The translations under genes were made by a program, and so were the position numbers. A stretch of DNA of 64,000 nucleotides from the human T2T-CHM13v2.0 reference genome, Homo sapiens. How positions within the stretch are numbered: position 1 is the stretch's first letter; each line of letters opens with the position of its first letter. This document shows positions 13,530 through 27,895 of the stretch, piece by piece. The notes below the pieces were generated by a model, which was not told the DNA's origin, did not search any database, and saw only the letters and a list, made by a program, of their open reading frames with translations. The stretch is from NCBI RefSeq assembly GCF_009914755.1, contig NC_060936.1, one strand, 5' to 3'.

Positions 13530-13860
13530 TTTTTCTGTCCAACAGTATAAACATAATCTCTGCCCTCACACAGCTTAGAAACTGTCATGAGAGGTAAACA
13601 AATACACAAATGACAAGGTAAAATAGAAGAGCTACAAAAGAGATCATGAAAATATCCAGGGAGTTCGAAGGTGGCAGATAACAAAAGGCTTCGTGGAGGA
13701 GGTAGCCTTTGTGGCATTTGAGATCAGTCCTGCAGCAGGGTTATAGGTGGACAGGCAGAGATGGTTGGGGGTGGGCGGTAGGAGGGACAGACAGAAGGAA
13801 CCACAAGAATGAGGATATGGAGAAAAAGACCACTGAAGGGTGCAAATTATTAAGGATGGA
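13530..13860 (-). mobile_element. L2 fragment
   Basis: ATCTCTGCCCTCACACAGCTTA...AAAGGCTTCGTGGAGGAGGTAGCCTTTG. Confidence 0.55.
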
Positions 13861-14525
13861 TTTATGTAAAGGATGTGGCCTAAGAAGAAGGACTCTTCTT
13901 TATGATGAAATTAGGTTTTAGAGGCAGAAGTCTGGTGCTTCCCGGTACTAAAATGACCCCAGTATGGTGTCTGCAGAATACTTAGATAACTGCATAGATG
14001 GTTCAGCCTTCTTTCCATTATACCACACTACTGGGTTACCAACTTGCTGTGTGACCTTAGATAAGCAACTACCTCTCTCTGGGCCTCAGTTTTCATATCT
14101 ATGAAATTAGGAGGTTGAATTATGTCTTGGCATAATAACGAAATAAATAAGTGATTTATTTTTATTTCTTTGTCATTCCTCTTTGAAATGGGAGTGGGAA
14201 TAAAGTGGTATTTGTTTCCACATGAAAATTAAAGCCAGGGGGCCAATTCTGGACTTGGCTTGAGCTGTGCTTTGTCTGTTTTTCTGCACTGGCCCAGTAC
14301 CCTTTACACTGGTGTAACTAACTCCCTGGAAAGGGATGCAGGTAGACAGCGTGACTGTTCCTTCCTATCTGAGAGGCCCCAACAGATTCTATATTGCAGG
14401 ACCACCAACTTGGAATTTCAGCTCAGTTCAGCAAACACTTTTGACTGGTTCGTGTGCTAGACATTGTGCTGGGCTTATGTGGGGTAGAGATGCCTGCTAA
14501 TCTAAGGCTAACAGGAAGACAGGGA

Positions 14526-14915
14526 AGTGGTTTCCAGACCTGATGCTTATCAGAGTCACTGTGGAAGAACTTTTTAGAATGCAGACAGCCCCCAACTTAA
14601 CAGTGGTTGGACTTTCAATTTTTCACCTTATAATGGTGCAAAAGTGATGGGCATTCAGTATGCTTCTCAACATACAATGAGGTTGTGTGAAATAAACCCA
14701 TCATTAATTGAAGATACTGTCAATCAAAAATGTACTTTTGACTTACAGTGTTTTCAACTTAGGAGGGGTCATAGGTTGAGGAGCATCTCCACAGATTCCT
14801 GAGCCCCATCCCTTGATGATGATGATCCAGTGAGCCTGGGTGGGGCCTGAGAATCTGCATACTAACTGCTGAAGGTGAGTGTGATGCAGGGCCAAGCTTC
14901 AGAACCTCTGATCTA
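14526..14915. mobile_element. MER5A-like hAT-Charlie element split by a MER47/Tigger5-like insertion
   Basis: Left part AGTGGTTTCCAGACC...ATCAGAGTCAC. Right part CAGATTCCTGAGCCCCATCCC...GGGTGGGGCCTGAGAATCTGCAT. Confidence 0.7.
14582..14789. mobile_element. MER47/Tigger5-like TcMar MITE
   Basis: CAGACAGCCCCCAACTTAACAGTGGTTGGACTTTCAATTTTTCACCTTATAATGGTGCAAAAGTGAT...GTTGAGGAGCATCT with degenerate TIRs. Confidence 0.72.
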
Positions 14916-17181
14916 GAGAAGATTCTGTGTCATCACAGCTCAGGGTGACCATGTTCTCTCTTACTTGCACTTACATGAATTCATATGAATTCAGTATTAC
15001 ATGAGTAAATTATGATTATATGAATTTATTGAGTATCCTATGTGCTTGATATAGGTGTTTACATCCCAGGGTTGGGGGGTAGAGATGAAGAATATAAGCC
15101 GGACTATGTTAAGATCTTCACTTCTCAGCACCTGAACAACTGGCAGCCTCATTAGGAAGGCAAGTCATTCACAGGTGAAATGACATCATGGTCGTCTTCT
15201 TCATTCTTCTCTTCAGCATCCATTTAAGACTCACATTTTATCACCAGAGACTGAAAAGAGCCACCTAAGGCAGGCAGGTCAGGTGGTGTTATCTCTTTAT
15301 TTCCAGATGTGGAGGCTGAGGCTCAGAGAGGTGAATCCATATGTCCAAGCTCACATCTCCCGCCCTCAGTCCAGGGCTTCTCCCCACTTCATGGGAGAAG
15401 CATCCTCCTCCCCAGAGCAGTAGGTTCTGGAGCTGGGAGAGGCCACTGTGGGCTGGATTGTTGGGGACAGCTTCAGGGAGAGCCCGATTCAAGGCAATAG
15501 AGAACTTTGGCTGCAGGCCGTTGCCTAGAATAGGGCAGCTGACACACCTTTGATCTGGAATGATTCCTGCTGCTGAGAATGAGGTTTTTTATATCTGGAT
15601 TCTCAGGTAGTAACACCACGACAACGTGTGTTTGTGTTATTTCATCTGCACAGCATTCACGTGTAGCAGAGAGAAGGTAGTTTATTCCCCAGAAGTTTAC
15701 CAGTGGGAAATTGAGGTCAAAGGTAGGACTTTCCTAAATGAAGAGAACTACTATTTATTGGATGCCTCCCATCTGCCAAGCAGTGTGCACAGCAGGCATA
15801 TATCATGAAATGCCTCATTTATTCCTCATAACTGTAGCCTGATTTTACATTCGGCAAACCTGAGGCTTACAGAAATCATGTGGCTCGCACTCAGACTGCT
15901 GATGGCCACGCAAGGCTTTCAGCTTCTCTGATTTCCAGGCCCCCATCCCCACCACACTGTGCTGTCCAGCTCACCTGGTGGAACTGGATCCTTTGAGTTC
16001 CAGGCCAGGGATCCTACTGAGCTCTTCCATCAGGGAAACCATAGCAGTAGCAGCTCCACCAAGGACTTGGCATCTATCTTACTGCAGCATCCGTGCCTGT
16101 CTAATGGAACCATGTACCAGGAGTAGCTACCCAAGAAACATTTCCACCAGAAACTTCTCTTTATAGCTCCCCATCGAGCCTCAGAGAGCTGATAGGAATT
16201 GCTCAAGACCACCCAACTTGTAAGTGGTAGAGCTGGGACTAAAAGGCAAGTCCCCCAACTTTCAGCCTCACTCGTGCCCAATGTGTCTCAGCCTCCCTGA
16301 AGAATATCAGACCAAGATGGCCAGAAAAGGAACCTGGAAGGGACGTGTGGGCGTCATGCAGCCCTTGGCACAGTCTTCAGGCTGAGCTGCCTCCACCTTG
16401 TCATCTCATCAGAGCTTTACATCCATCCTTGGGAGAGGCCAGCTCCATGACCTCTCAGTGTCATTTAGGATCTTCTTCCTAAACGGCTAACCCAAGTCTG
16501 TCCGCTGCATCCTACAGTGAGATGCACTGTGGCGAGAGCAGCTATTGGCATTCTGCTTACGTGCTGTTTCCAGAGGTAAACTCAGTATAAATGGATCTAC
16601 AGCCTGTCCCATTTTGTACAGTCGAGTTCTAAAACCAGCCTGCAAGGATAATGCTATAAAAATGTCCTGCCAGCCCCAAGGGTGTCTTCTACAACAAGTT
16701 CTTGTTCCCTCATAATTCTTCTGACAAATTCTTCTTTTGATCCAGACTTTCCTAGCCATCATTTCATTCCAGAAGTGGCATGTGTGTGCAAACACTCATG
16801 CTTGAGGGCGGGACAAGCAAAGGGATAAGAGGGGAAATGGGAACTCGAAATCTGCTCAAATGTGGTAAAGAAATATATCCAGAAAGTACTGCCTACTCAC
16901 CAAAATACTATTTGCTTTTTATATTCTTTCCTGAGTAGAATTTCCTGTTCAAACTTGAAAATGAAAATTCCTCCACTTCAAAATGAACAGGCAAGAAATG
17001 CTGTAGGCTGGGTTTCCCGGGGAGGGGGGACTGACAGCCATCTGCCCTGAGACTGACTGTCAAATCTGAACTCTGTGTACTTGTTAGTGTTGTTTATGGG
17101 AGGGGTGAGGGAAGGGAGGAAGCAACAGGGACCTGCTAACCCTATGAATTCTCCCTCATACCCTTAAAAAGTCGGGTGCTT

Positions 17182-17483
17182 GGCCGGGTGCAGTGGCTCA
17201 CGCCTGTAATTCCAACACTTGGGAGGCCAGGGCGGTTGGATCACAAGGTCAGGAGTTCAAGACCAGCCTGGCCAAGATGGTGAAACCCCGTCTCTACTAA
17301 AAATACAAAAATTAGCCAGGCGTACTGGCAGGCGCCGGTAATCCCAGCTACTCGGGAGGCTGAGGCAGAGAATTGCTTGAACCCAGGAAGTGAAGGTTGC
17401 AATGAGCCGAGATCATGCCACTGCACTCCAACCTGTGCAACAGAGCGAGACTCCGTCTCAAAAAAAAAAAAAAAAAAAAAAAA
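17182..17483 (+). mobile_element. Alu, AluSg-like, with TSD
   Basis: GGCCGGGTGCAGTGGCTCACGCC...GATCACAAGGTCAGGAGTTCAAGACCAGCCTGGCCAAGATGG, then a poly-A tail. TSD AAAGTCGGGTGCTT / AAAGTCGGGGGCTT at a TT/AAAA L1-endonuclease site. Confidence 0.96.
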
Positions 17484-19022
17484 GTCGGGGGCTTGCCAAG
17501 CTCGCTTTTTGGGGCAATGGGAGGGAAATTTTAAGAGCTGATTTCTGTGATCTTTATCAGACCTCTTCTTCTGTCCTGCCCACAGGTCAGTGATGGGAAT
17601 GATAGTATTGCATTAAAAGAGAAGTGATTCCCCAGATGTGGACATCTTAGTGCCTGGGAGGCAGACGTCTTTAGAGTGCTTGGTGTTCCTCCCCATATCT
17701 AACTTACCTGTTCTTAGGACATATTCCCTTGAGTGTCTTTTATTATTTCGTTGATTGATTAAGGGTTACAAATTTGTTACAAAAGCAGCAGAAATTTTGA
17801 AAGATAAAACAGGTAGAAACTGTTATTTAATTGGAGGCACAAAAGCCAGTTCCAGCTTGAGCATTAACTGGCTGTGTGGCTTGGGCAGCTCCCCTGCACT
17901 TTTGGGACCATGGTTTCTTCAGCTCTAAAGTGAAAGCTGAGAGTTCCTCTGAATGCTAAAATCTTGCTTCTCTGTGATTATTGTTTTTTAAATGCCGCCG
18001 TCATTTCAAAACACATACATGGGGCAGCCCTCCTCAGCTGCCTGTCCTGTTCTCTTCCCTCCTTCCCTTTGTGCCATCAGCGTCTCCCCTGGATTTATCG
18101 TGCTGTACTCCTTGGACACCCTTGAAAGTGGAGAGAGAATAATTCTCATTCCCTTTCCCCAAACTCTGTCCTGAAGCACCACTCCCCACCTCCCTACCAT
18201 GCCTGCCCCTCCACCCCCCACATTTTCCCTCTGATGAGATTTCCTCTCTGAGGGAATATTTTGGTCCTGTTCTCTGTTCCCAAACAAATTCCCCAGGTCC
18301 TTTAAATCTGGTTTCAATCAACATAATCACAGTCTCTTCGATGCTATCAACTCTGCCTTGATTTGGTTGTGTGATTCATGCTGTGTCCTCCACCTCCTCA
18401 GGCTGTTTTATATATACACACTTAAGTGCTCATATATATGTGTATATATTACACAGGTTGTATGTATATGATGTATTGAAAGAGAGAGATGTTTTCCACC
18501 GTGCCTGTAATTACTTTTTATCTTCCTCCAAATCAGTATCTTAATGCATATCACCTAAACTGGATTCATTTTGAGAACACTAGGGCCTTTTTTTTACTTT
18601 TCAAGAACAGCTATCTAATTCTGGGCCAAAAACTAGTTATCAAATGAGGGCAGGTAATGGAGTTGTATCCAGCGAGGGGGCATTTGCTTCTCCATATGAT
18701 ACACTCCTCACCAGTACCAAGGCGTTTTCTCTTCAGTCTTCATGCCTATGCTGTTACGAGTCCTTTCTCCTATTTGAAAGAAAAGATATGAGGCAGCCCA
18801 GGGAAAGCTCTGATGGAGGCTATAAAGACAATATGGATGTAAACTAAAAAATGGTAGCTTAGAGCTTAATGGTAGCCTCTCAGGACACTCACCACACCTG
18901 AATTCTACCAGCCTGACGCCGATGCTGCTCCGCTTATGCTGGGATGTAGTGACACAGGACACTCTGCTGGGGGATAGGGATGATCTCCCCCCACCAAGTG
19001 GGTCATCAACACTCATCACTCA

Positions 19023-19351
<329 letters not shown>

Positions 19352-20125
19352 GAGGAAGAAGTTGCTGAATCCGTCTTATAAATCTGTAACAGAAAATTAT
19401 GGCAAGTTGTGGCTTTTAATTGCCAGAGCTGGGCACTTAAGAGAGAAAAGGGTTTTTGTGAATTCCAAAAATGTAATTGTATTCATTGAACACTGAAGTC
19501 AGGAGAAGTCAGACCATAATGACATGGGAGCCATTTTCGCAACCAGCAGACTAGAAGGGGAGGGTTTGGAAGGGTGGCGGCAGAGCTTAGACACCTGCTG
19601 CGAAGGGAGAGAAGTGGGGACAGAAAGATGGCCTGTGTAGAGTCCCATGAGAAAGACAGAACTGCACTGGCAGGCATCTTTAGGGGCCCAGGTCACAATC
19701 ATGGGGCCAGTGGACAGTCTCCAGGGCACTGTGATTGTCACAGTGCACAGCCTAATGGGGAAAATTGCACAGCTTCACTTAAATATAGGTGACATATGGA
19801 CGTAAGAATTCATGATTAATCTAGAACTAACCCTGACCAGCAAGGCCGAATGAAGAAAAAATGTAGAAACACTGACCAAACCTTCCTCAAAGGTCACAGA
19901 TCTTAGGGAATGTGTCTCTCTTTCACATTTCAAAATAACAACAATTTTTGAAATATGTATTTTTTAACATTTAATTGTTTTATTTGGGGATAATTTTAGA
20001 CTCATGGCATCCACTGTTTTTTTAGTTACCCACATATTTGATTCAGTAAGATTCCCTGTATTGATACAAAAAAAGAAGAGGGACCCTGTTTCCCTTTGAC
20101 ACTGTTACTTTTTCCTGAGCTCATT

Positions 20126-20443
<318 letters not shown>

Positions 20444-22509
20444 TCCTGAGCTCATTTTAAGAGAGACTTCTGGCCTAGAGGTTTGAATGAGAAGAAGTTA
20501 TACAGCTGGGATTCTTCCCTTTCTCTGATATGAGGACAGGAGTTCTCTCTCATCTCCGCCAAGAGCAGGAAGCTGGAGTAACTGCCACAAGCTCCAGGAG
20601 GGAGTGTCTAGAACATCCACGTTTTGCAGCAGGAAAACACCCCCTCACGCTGAAGTTTGATTCCTGAATCCTGTGTCGCAGTCTGAATGCTGAGGCAGAA
20701 GGGGACATCCGTGTTCCTGGGGCATTCCACTTGCAGTCCTGGCTGTAACCCGAGTGAGCCATCCGTGTAGTTCCTGTTGCTAAGTCTCCCCTGCCACCTC
20801 TTCTTCCCATGGCTGCAGGGCAGGGGGCCATGCCCTCCTCTTCATTTCCTGTCCCTGGGTGAGCGTGCCCCCTGCCTTCTCCCAGATCTCTGCTGTGGCA
20901 GCTTCACGTGGGATTCAGCACTGTGTCTCCTTCCCCTCTGCTCGGCCTGCCCATACCTGTCCAGCAGAGCTGTAAGACCAGAAGACAGAGCATTCCCCTT
21001 ATCTATGAAGTCAAATGCATGTGTGGAACATGCCACCCAGCCTGCAGTCTCTCTACTATAAAATACTGCTCATAAGACAAATGTGTGGCCCAGATGATTT
21101 CTGATAAAGTCTATTATTTTGAAATACATATGTATGTCTCTCAGCCACTGATACACGCAGAAGCTGCACATGTTGTCAACACCTGCTTTGAGCTCCTTTC
21201 CTTCCCACCCTTCCTTTTGGCAATGCAAGTTTCCATTCATTTTCTGCATTACTGGTCTCCTCTCTTCTCCCCTACTACTAGATCTTACAATAAACATTTG
21301 AAATAGTTTATTTGTCCACAGTGTGATTTCTGTTGAGAAACATGGGCTCACCGACTTTTGGGTCTCTTCTAACACTAGAAATTCCTCTGGTTTTTTAGAC
21401 TATTTCAAGGGCTATTAATGTGGAACAGACGGCCTTTAGAAACAGCAATCCACAGGGGGCCCGGAGACCTGGATTCATATTTCTCCTAGCGTCAACTAGT
21501 GGGTGACCTTAGAAATGTCATTTTCCTTGTCGGGCTTTAGTTCCCTTATCTGTCACACAGAAGCACTGTGTGAGTTTGGGAAACCAATACTATGTTGAAA
21601 TGTACAAAATAATCTTAAAGCACAGATATTCTGTTCCCTCCAAGAATACATCAAACAAAGGAACTGACATTGCAAGAAGATTTTGAGGAGATGGCTGGAT
21701 GCACTGGAGCAGGGATTGCTGAGGGAAGCCAGGCCCTCACCTGGAGCGTCTCAGGAGAGGCAGCTTCGGTGCTGGCTGTTTATTGCAGGCATCTCTTTCT
21801 GTGTCTGTGCGTTTAGGGGCTCTTCTTTGGAGATAAGAAAAGGGTTCTGGATGGAGGGCAGTGAAGAACAGTGAGAACTTAACATGAGGATGTTTGTATA
21901 GAGGGGAAGACTTCTGGACAGTGGCTTGACTTTGCTCACTGGGCATTTCCTTCTGGATCTCTGTAGAAGTCAGGGACAGATCTCCTCGTGCATATCTGTC
22001 TCCCAGAGACAGATCTCTTCCTAGCAGAAAGTAGAAAGTGGGCTTCAGGCATCCTGGAAGTTTTCTTTCTTGGTGGGTGATAAAAGGGCTTGCAGAGAGA
22101 GGAGAATCAAATCTCCCACATGTGCATCATGCCTGCGAGTCTCATGCAGAGATGTCTTATGTTCAACATAGAAAGCAAGCCTGGCAGCCCCAAGACCTTC
22201 CTCTGCACACCGTCCATTTTTACTTGGTTTCATTTTGATAACTGTGCGGTCTGAGGTCCTGGCCAAGAAAGCATCACCTGGCAAGAAGTGTATTTGGCCA
22301 ATGGTAAGGTTACCATCTCTGTGTAATTAGGCTCCGTAAAGCTTTGTTTTTAAATTTATTAATGGGAATGATTTGACATTCCTACACACTGACATTACCC
22401 TCATGGAATGGATAAGAATCTCAAGGCTTGTTGGGTGAAAGAAGGGCAGTGTTTGGTGTGACGGGAAGGGAAAGTATAAGCAGGCAGCTCGTGCGCATGA
22501 GCATTTGGG

Positions 22510-22710
22510 AAACAGAACAGAAATCATAGAATGGCAGGCTTAATTCTAGCTCTGTCACCTACTGGCTGTTTGTCATTAGAAAAATTATTTACCCTTCGTG
22601 AGATTCAGTTTCCTTACATTTAAAATAAAGAAAATATTCGTCCTCATATTGAAATGAATTGGGCTATCATGATCAACTTTAAAATACAACGAACAGTATA
22701 AATGTCAGGA
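22510..22710 (+). mobile_element. MIR SINE
   Basis: TCTAGCTCTGTCACCTACTGGCTG...TCAGTTTCCTTACATTTAAAAT. Confidence 0.6.
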
Positions 22711-24409
22711 ATTATATGACATTCGGGACCTCCACTGCCACCCTCACTTTCTCCCTCCAGTGGTCACTTACTCTCTGTCCCTCTTTCTGGGTCAGAGCTT
22801 CTGTTACTCCAGCCTGGGCCTGCCTTAAGTGGGGACATGTGCTGATCCCTCACAATGCCGGGTGACAAGGAGGGTTTTCAAGGCTGGCTTGACTGCCACT
22901 GCTGGTCTCTCTTCTCATTTGCAACTGTCTTCTCCCCGCTGGGCTCAGTGTTCCTGGGAGGGTGATGCTGAGGGAGAAAGCTGTGGCAGAGGGACGTGGC
23001 AGGGTCAGAGACCACTGATTCGCAGGAGCTGGCCTCAGAGCTAGCCTTTTTGCATTGATCTAGGGAACCAGTGATCATAGATATCTATGTTGACGCCTGT
23101 GTCAATTTATCCCTAGAGCCATTATTCAGTGAATTTCCTAAGGGGAAAACAATTCTCCAGCATTATTTTTCTTTGGGCCAGGAGAGCACTTTCTCTGAGT
23201 TTTACTGGCAAGCTAGATATATTCTTGAAAGGCTCCAGCAGCAGAGTTCCCGTCTTGTTTAGTTCAAAAACAGCTCCTGGCCCGTCTCTAAATGGTCTTG
23301 CTAAAAACATCTCCTCCCACCCATAGACCTGAACTTAAGCCTCAGACTGCTATCCTCTCTTTCTGCCACTGTGAGAGACCTATGCCTCTTTTCTCATTGG
23401 CTTTTGCCTGCCCAGCCCTCCTCAGATCCTTGTACATCCCTAGGAAGTACATTCTTTCCACTCCACACACATAATTGTGCAACTTGTGCTAGGACCGCAT
23501 GAGGCACTGGAGCTGCAGATAGCAAGGAAATGTGGGCCCTGCCCTCAGGAACTTGAAATCCGGTAGTTACCTAGAGCTACACTGAGTTCCCTGACGTGGT
23601 AGGAAGCCCTCCCAGAGCCTTGTCCGTGCTTAGACGTTGCCTTCACAGAGGTGGCTAAGGGGCATTTTGTCCCTGCCCTAGTTTTTACAAGTCCCCTGGA
23701 TGTTAACTCCTACTTGCTTTTATTTGCAGGTTCTCCAGTCTTATGCATTCTCTCTTATTCCTAAAAATTTCCAATCCAGTGCTGATAGTATGTTAGAGCT
23801 GTAGGGCCAGGAAACCCTGCTGGGGGAATCATCGTCTAGTAGGTGGAGTGTGAGAGAGAGGAGACTCAGGCCAGAGGGGCTTCTGAGTTCTGGGCAAGTC
23901 CCTTACCATCCTAGTGCAGCTATCCTTCTCCATGTCCTACTGAGCTGCCTTCCTTCTTGCTTCTCATTCCCAAAGAGAGGCAACCATGCCATTCTGGGCA
24001 GTGGGCAAGGGCTGCTGGAATTGAGATTTTTATTTTTCTCTTTGGCATCTGAATCCTTCCTTTGCAGTTGCTGACATGCAGTTTTGTGTGAGATCACCCA
24101 TGTCATCCATCATCTTCAGGACACCCAGAAACTCCTCCTACCTCTCTCAGCCTCACATGCGCATCTTCAGTCCCCTTCTGATTCACCCTAGTTGGTCTAT
24201 TGCTCTTGGCTCTGAATAAATACCTTTAAAGGGTACAGGTATCCATATGGAAGGCCTTCAGAGAAGAGAGAGCATGGAATTTATTTTCCAAAGTGGGACA
24301 CTCGAGAGTGAAAGGGTGAGCTGACAATAATGATGGCAGGACAAAAGCATATTTCAGGCTTCTTAAGAGCTTCATCCCTTTGATCCAGTGACTTTATTTC
24401 TAGGAATCT

Positions 24410-25560
24410 TTTATGGAGTACCTACCATGAGCCAGGCACCATTGCAGGTGCTAAGGATATCAAAACACATCAAAAGAGAGCATACAGTTAAGTGGAGCAG
24501 ACAGGCAAGAAAAAGGATGGTTGTAAAAGAATGCGGTAAGTGCTGAGAAGTCTTTCTCAGAGACGTGATGTATGAGCAGGCTCAGACAGTCAAATAGTAG
24601 TTAGCCAGGGAAGGAAAGGGAGAAATTGCCTTCCTGGCACAGGGAGTTGTCAGGGGAGCCCTGGCAGAGGTGAGAGTATACATGGTGTGTTTGGAAAACC
24701 CAGGTCCCTCGCTGAGGCTGCTGTGCACAGGGAGAGGAGGGCTGGCAAGAGATGAGGCTGGCAAGTGAGGCACCCAGGAGCCAGACGATGAAGGGCAGAC
24801 AATGCTGAGGAATTTTAGCTTGATCTTGGAGGTTATAGAGAAGAACAGAAATTTCTCCAGCTGAGGAATGACCCAATTCCATTCCAGTGCGGGGAAGAAA
24901 TGATAGGGAAGGCTGGGAGAGGGCAAAATAGGGTCTCGGAAACCATTTAAGAGTCTATTGAAGTAATCCAGGCGAAAGAGGTAGCATGGACTATAGAGAA
25001 AAGGAGGGTGGATTTTGAGAAATAGGAGGAGGCAGAGTCAACTGGAATTATTAAAGATCAGTTCAATGTGGGGGCAGGGAAGAAAGGAAGAAAGAGGACT
25101 CAAACATGATTTCTGGTGCTGCCTTTTCCCAAGAGAGAAAATCCGAGAGGCTGGAGGAGGAGCAGGGTTTGGGGGAGGATGGTGACTTCAGCTTTGGATA
25201 TAGCACCCTTGAGATTCCTCTGCAGTTCAGGTGGAGATGTCTAGTAGGCCATGGATGTCCCATGGATGTCTATGGGTTTGGAGTATAGGACGGAGGTCTG
25301 TGCCTGGAGATGTGAGCATAGACGTATCTACACATCAGCAGGGTTGATGAGATTGCACAGTCATATCCTCAGATGAGAAGGGAAAGCAGAATGTTGGAGA
25401 AGAATATGGAAAGAATGCAAGGGAAGTGCTGGTGGTGGTAGGAGGAAGACCAAGAGAGGTGCCGTCTGGAGGAGGGATCGGAGTGTCCAGTGATTCAGAG
25501 AGCATGAGGGAGGAGGGGCTGTGGCACACCTGCCTGACTTTGAAATGAAGAATGGTATTC
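24410..25560 (-). mobile_element. L2 fragment
   Basis: GAGTACCTACCATGAGCCAGGCACCATTGCAGGTGCT...GTAATCCAGGCGA...TGACTTCAGCTTTGGATAT...GGTGGAGATGTCTAGTAGGC. Confidence 0.8.
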
Positions 25561-25690
25561 TAGGTGGGGCTGTTTTTTTAGGGACCTGGTGCAGGTGGGG
25601 ATGATGGACATAGGGAATTCTACTCTCTGGGAGACAGCATGTGGCTGGGATCAGATAGTTACAAAGTTATATGACAACTATTTTATTTCA

Positions 25691-26193
<503 letters not shown>

Positions 26194-26864
26194 GAAAATA
26201 CGCCTGGGATGGAGGCCCTGATGGAAGAAGGTTTCTGAGGAAATGGGTGTGGGTCCCAGAGTGTCAGTATAGGGCCTGTTGGAGAGCGAGTATGATAAGG
26301 TCAGCCCTGCCACTCAGAAGAAATTCTGGTTATACTCACAGTAATCACACTTCCTGGTTGACCCAGGGCAGTCCTACCGTGCAACCATTACCCCAACAAA
26401 ATTATTGCTTACACCCCTTTTCACTTTTGAAAGTTTAGGTGATAAAGTATCTGGTCTCCTCAGAGTATACATCTAAGGAGATTCGTAGGTGGAGTTAGAC
26501 AGCTGAGGGAGCTCCTACCTGAAGGACTCTGTGCAGCAGGAGGCAGGATTCTCTGTATGATGTTCCAAGAGGCTTGAGGAGATAGGAGCAGCTGTGAGGG
26601 GAGGGAAGACCTGAAATGAGAAAAAGAGCAAATTGTTGATCTACAGTAAGGGCTGAGCAGAGCAGATCCTTGAGAACATCAATTTGCTGGGCACCAAGTA
26701 GTTCATAGGCCGCGTTTCCCTGTCTTTAGCAGCCTGCGTGTCTGCTGGGAGAATAGATGTATAAACTGATCTGAGGTTGGAGCTGCACAGGGCAGATGTG
26801 GCCAGAGGGTAAGGAAGTGGCTGGAGTGGTGGATCATGAGAATAGCACACCCGTAGTAAGCTCT

Positions 26865-27250
26865 GCACATGGAGATACTTATTGCAGCACTGTTTATGGG
26901 AGCAGAGGATTCAAAATAGTAAATGTCCAACAAGGGGGTGTCATCCGGTAAATTATGGCAAATTAACGTGATAGAATATTATGTGGCCATCAAGATTTTG
27001 TTTAGGTAGAATTGTAATATAAGGAGAGAAAGCCTAGATTGTAATAGTAAGTGAAATAAGAAAGTTCCAGAATGATGTATATTAAACCATCCCGCCTATA
27101 ATGCATAGAGATTTTTTTATTTATTTTTAAAAGGTTGGGCACAAATATTCCATAATAATACCTGTGGGAGCTGATAGATGATATATTTTTGTATTTTTAA
27201 ATTTTTCTTCAATAAGTTCATTATATTACTTTTATAATAAGGAAAAAACA
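26865..27250 (+). mobile_element. Old L1 (L1ME-like) 3' fragment
   Basis: ATTGCAGCACTGTTTAT...AAATGTCCAACAA...GTAAATTATGG...GATAGAATATTATGTGGCCAT. Confidence 0.6.
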
Positions 27251-27394
27251 TCTCTCTAGGAAAAATTATTTAAGGAAAAAATAAACATGAAAAAGGGTGT
27301 CTGTAATCACAGTTTAATTTGGCCTTCTCAGAAAACCATTGTAGGGAGTTTTTATTCTCTAGTTTCCCCAGGGTGGGGAAGATGAGCAGCATGG

Positions 27395-27895
27395 CCCTAG
27401 TGTTTGAGAACGTGGGTTTTGATATCAGACATGCCTGGGTTTGAATCCCAGCTCCGCTAAGCTGAGCTATAGTATTGCCATGGTGTGATCTCAAGCAGGC
27501 TATCCTTATTTATGAAGTGGAATAATACACATCCCCAGTCTCTTCTTTATAATTCCGAAACCCAAAAAGCCCTGAAAACCCAGAGTCGTTTCTTAAAGTG
27601 ACAGCAAATTCATTTGGCTATAAAACCTAACCTGAATTGAGCTAGTCTTTATTTCACTTCAGTGAATATAATTTTGCAGTGGAAATATTAACATGTTTAA
27701 TCATTGGATGTTCGCCCAGATCTCACGGAGGGTATGAGATAATACGCAGGGTTCAGGTAAGTTGTGAACTACAGGATCTGCGTCATAGGGTTATTGTAGA
27801 ATGAAGTCAGGTTGTGATTGCAGGGTTCTTAGCACAGTTCTTGCCAGAGAGTAAGTACTGACAAAGTGAGTTATCATCACTATTGATGCTATAAT
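27395..27895 (+). mobile_element. MIR SINE split by a MER46C-like element
   Basis: CAGACATGCCTGGGTTTGAATCCCAGCTCC...[insertion]...TCATAGGGTTATTGTAG...CTTAGCACAGT. Confidence 0.7.
27527..27772. mobile_element. MER46C-like Tigger MITE inserted in a MIR
   Basis: ATTCCGAAACCCAAAAAGCCCTGAAAACC...CATTTGGCTATAAAACCTAACCTGAA...GAAATATTAACATGTTT. MIR halves flank it on both sides. Confidence 0.7.
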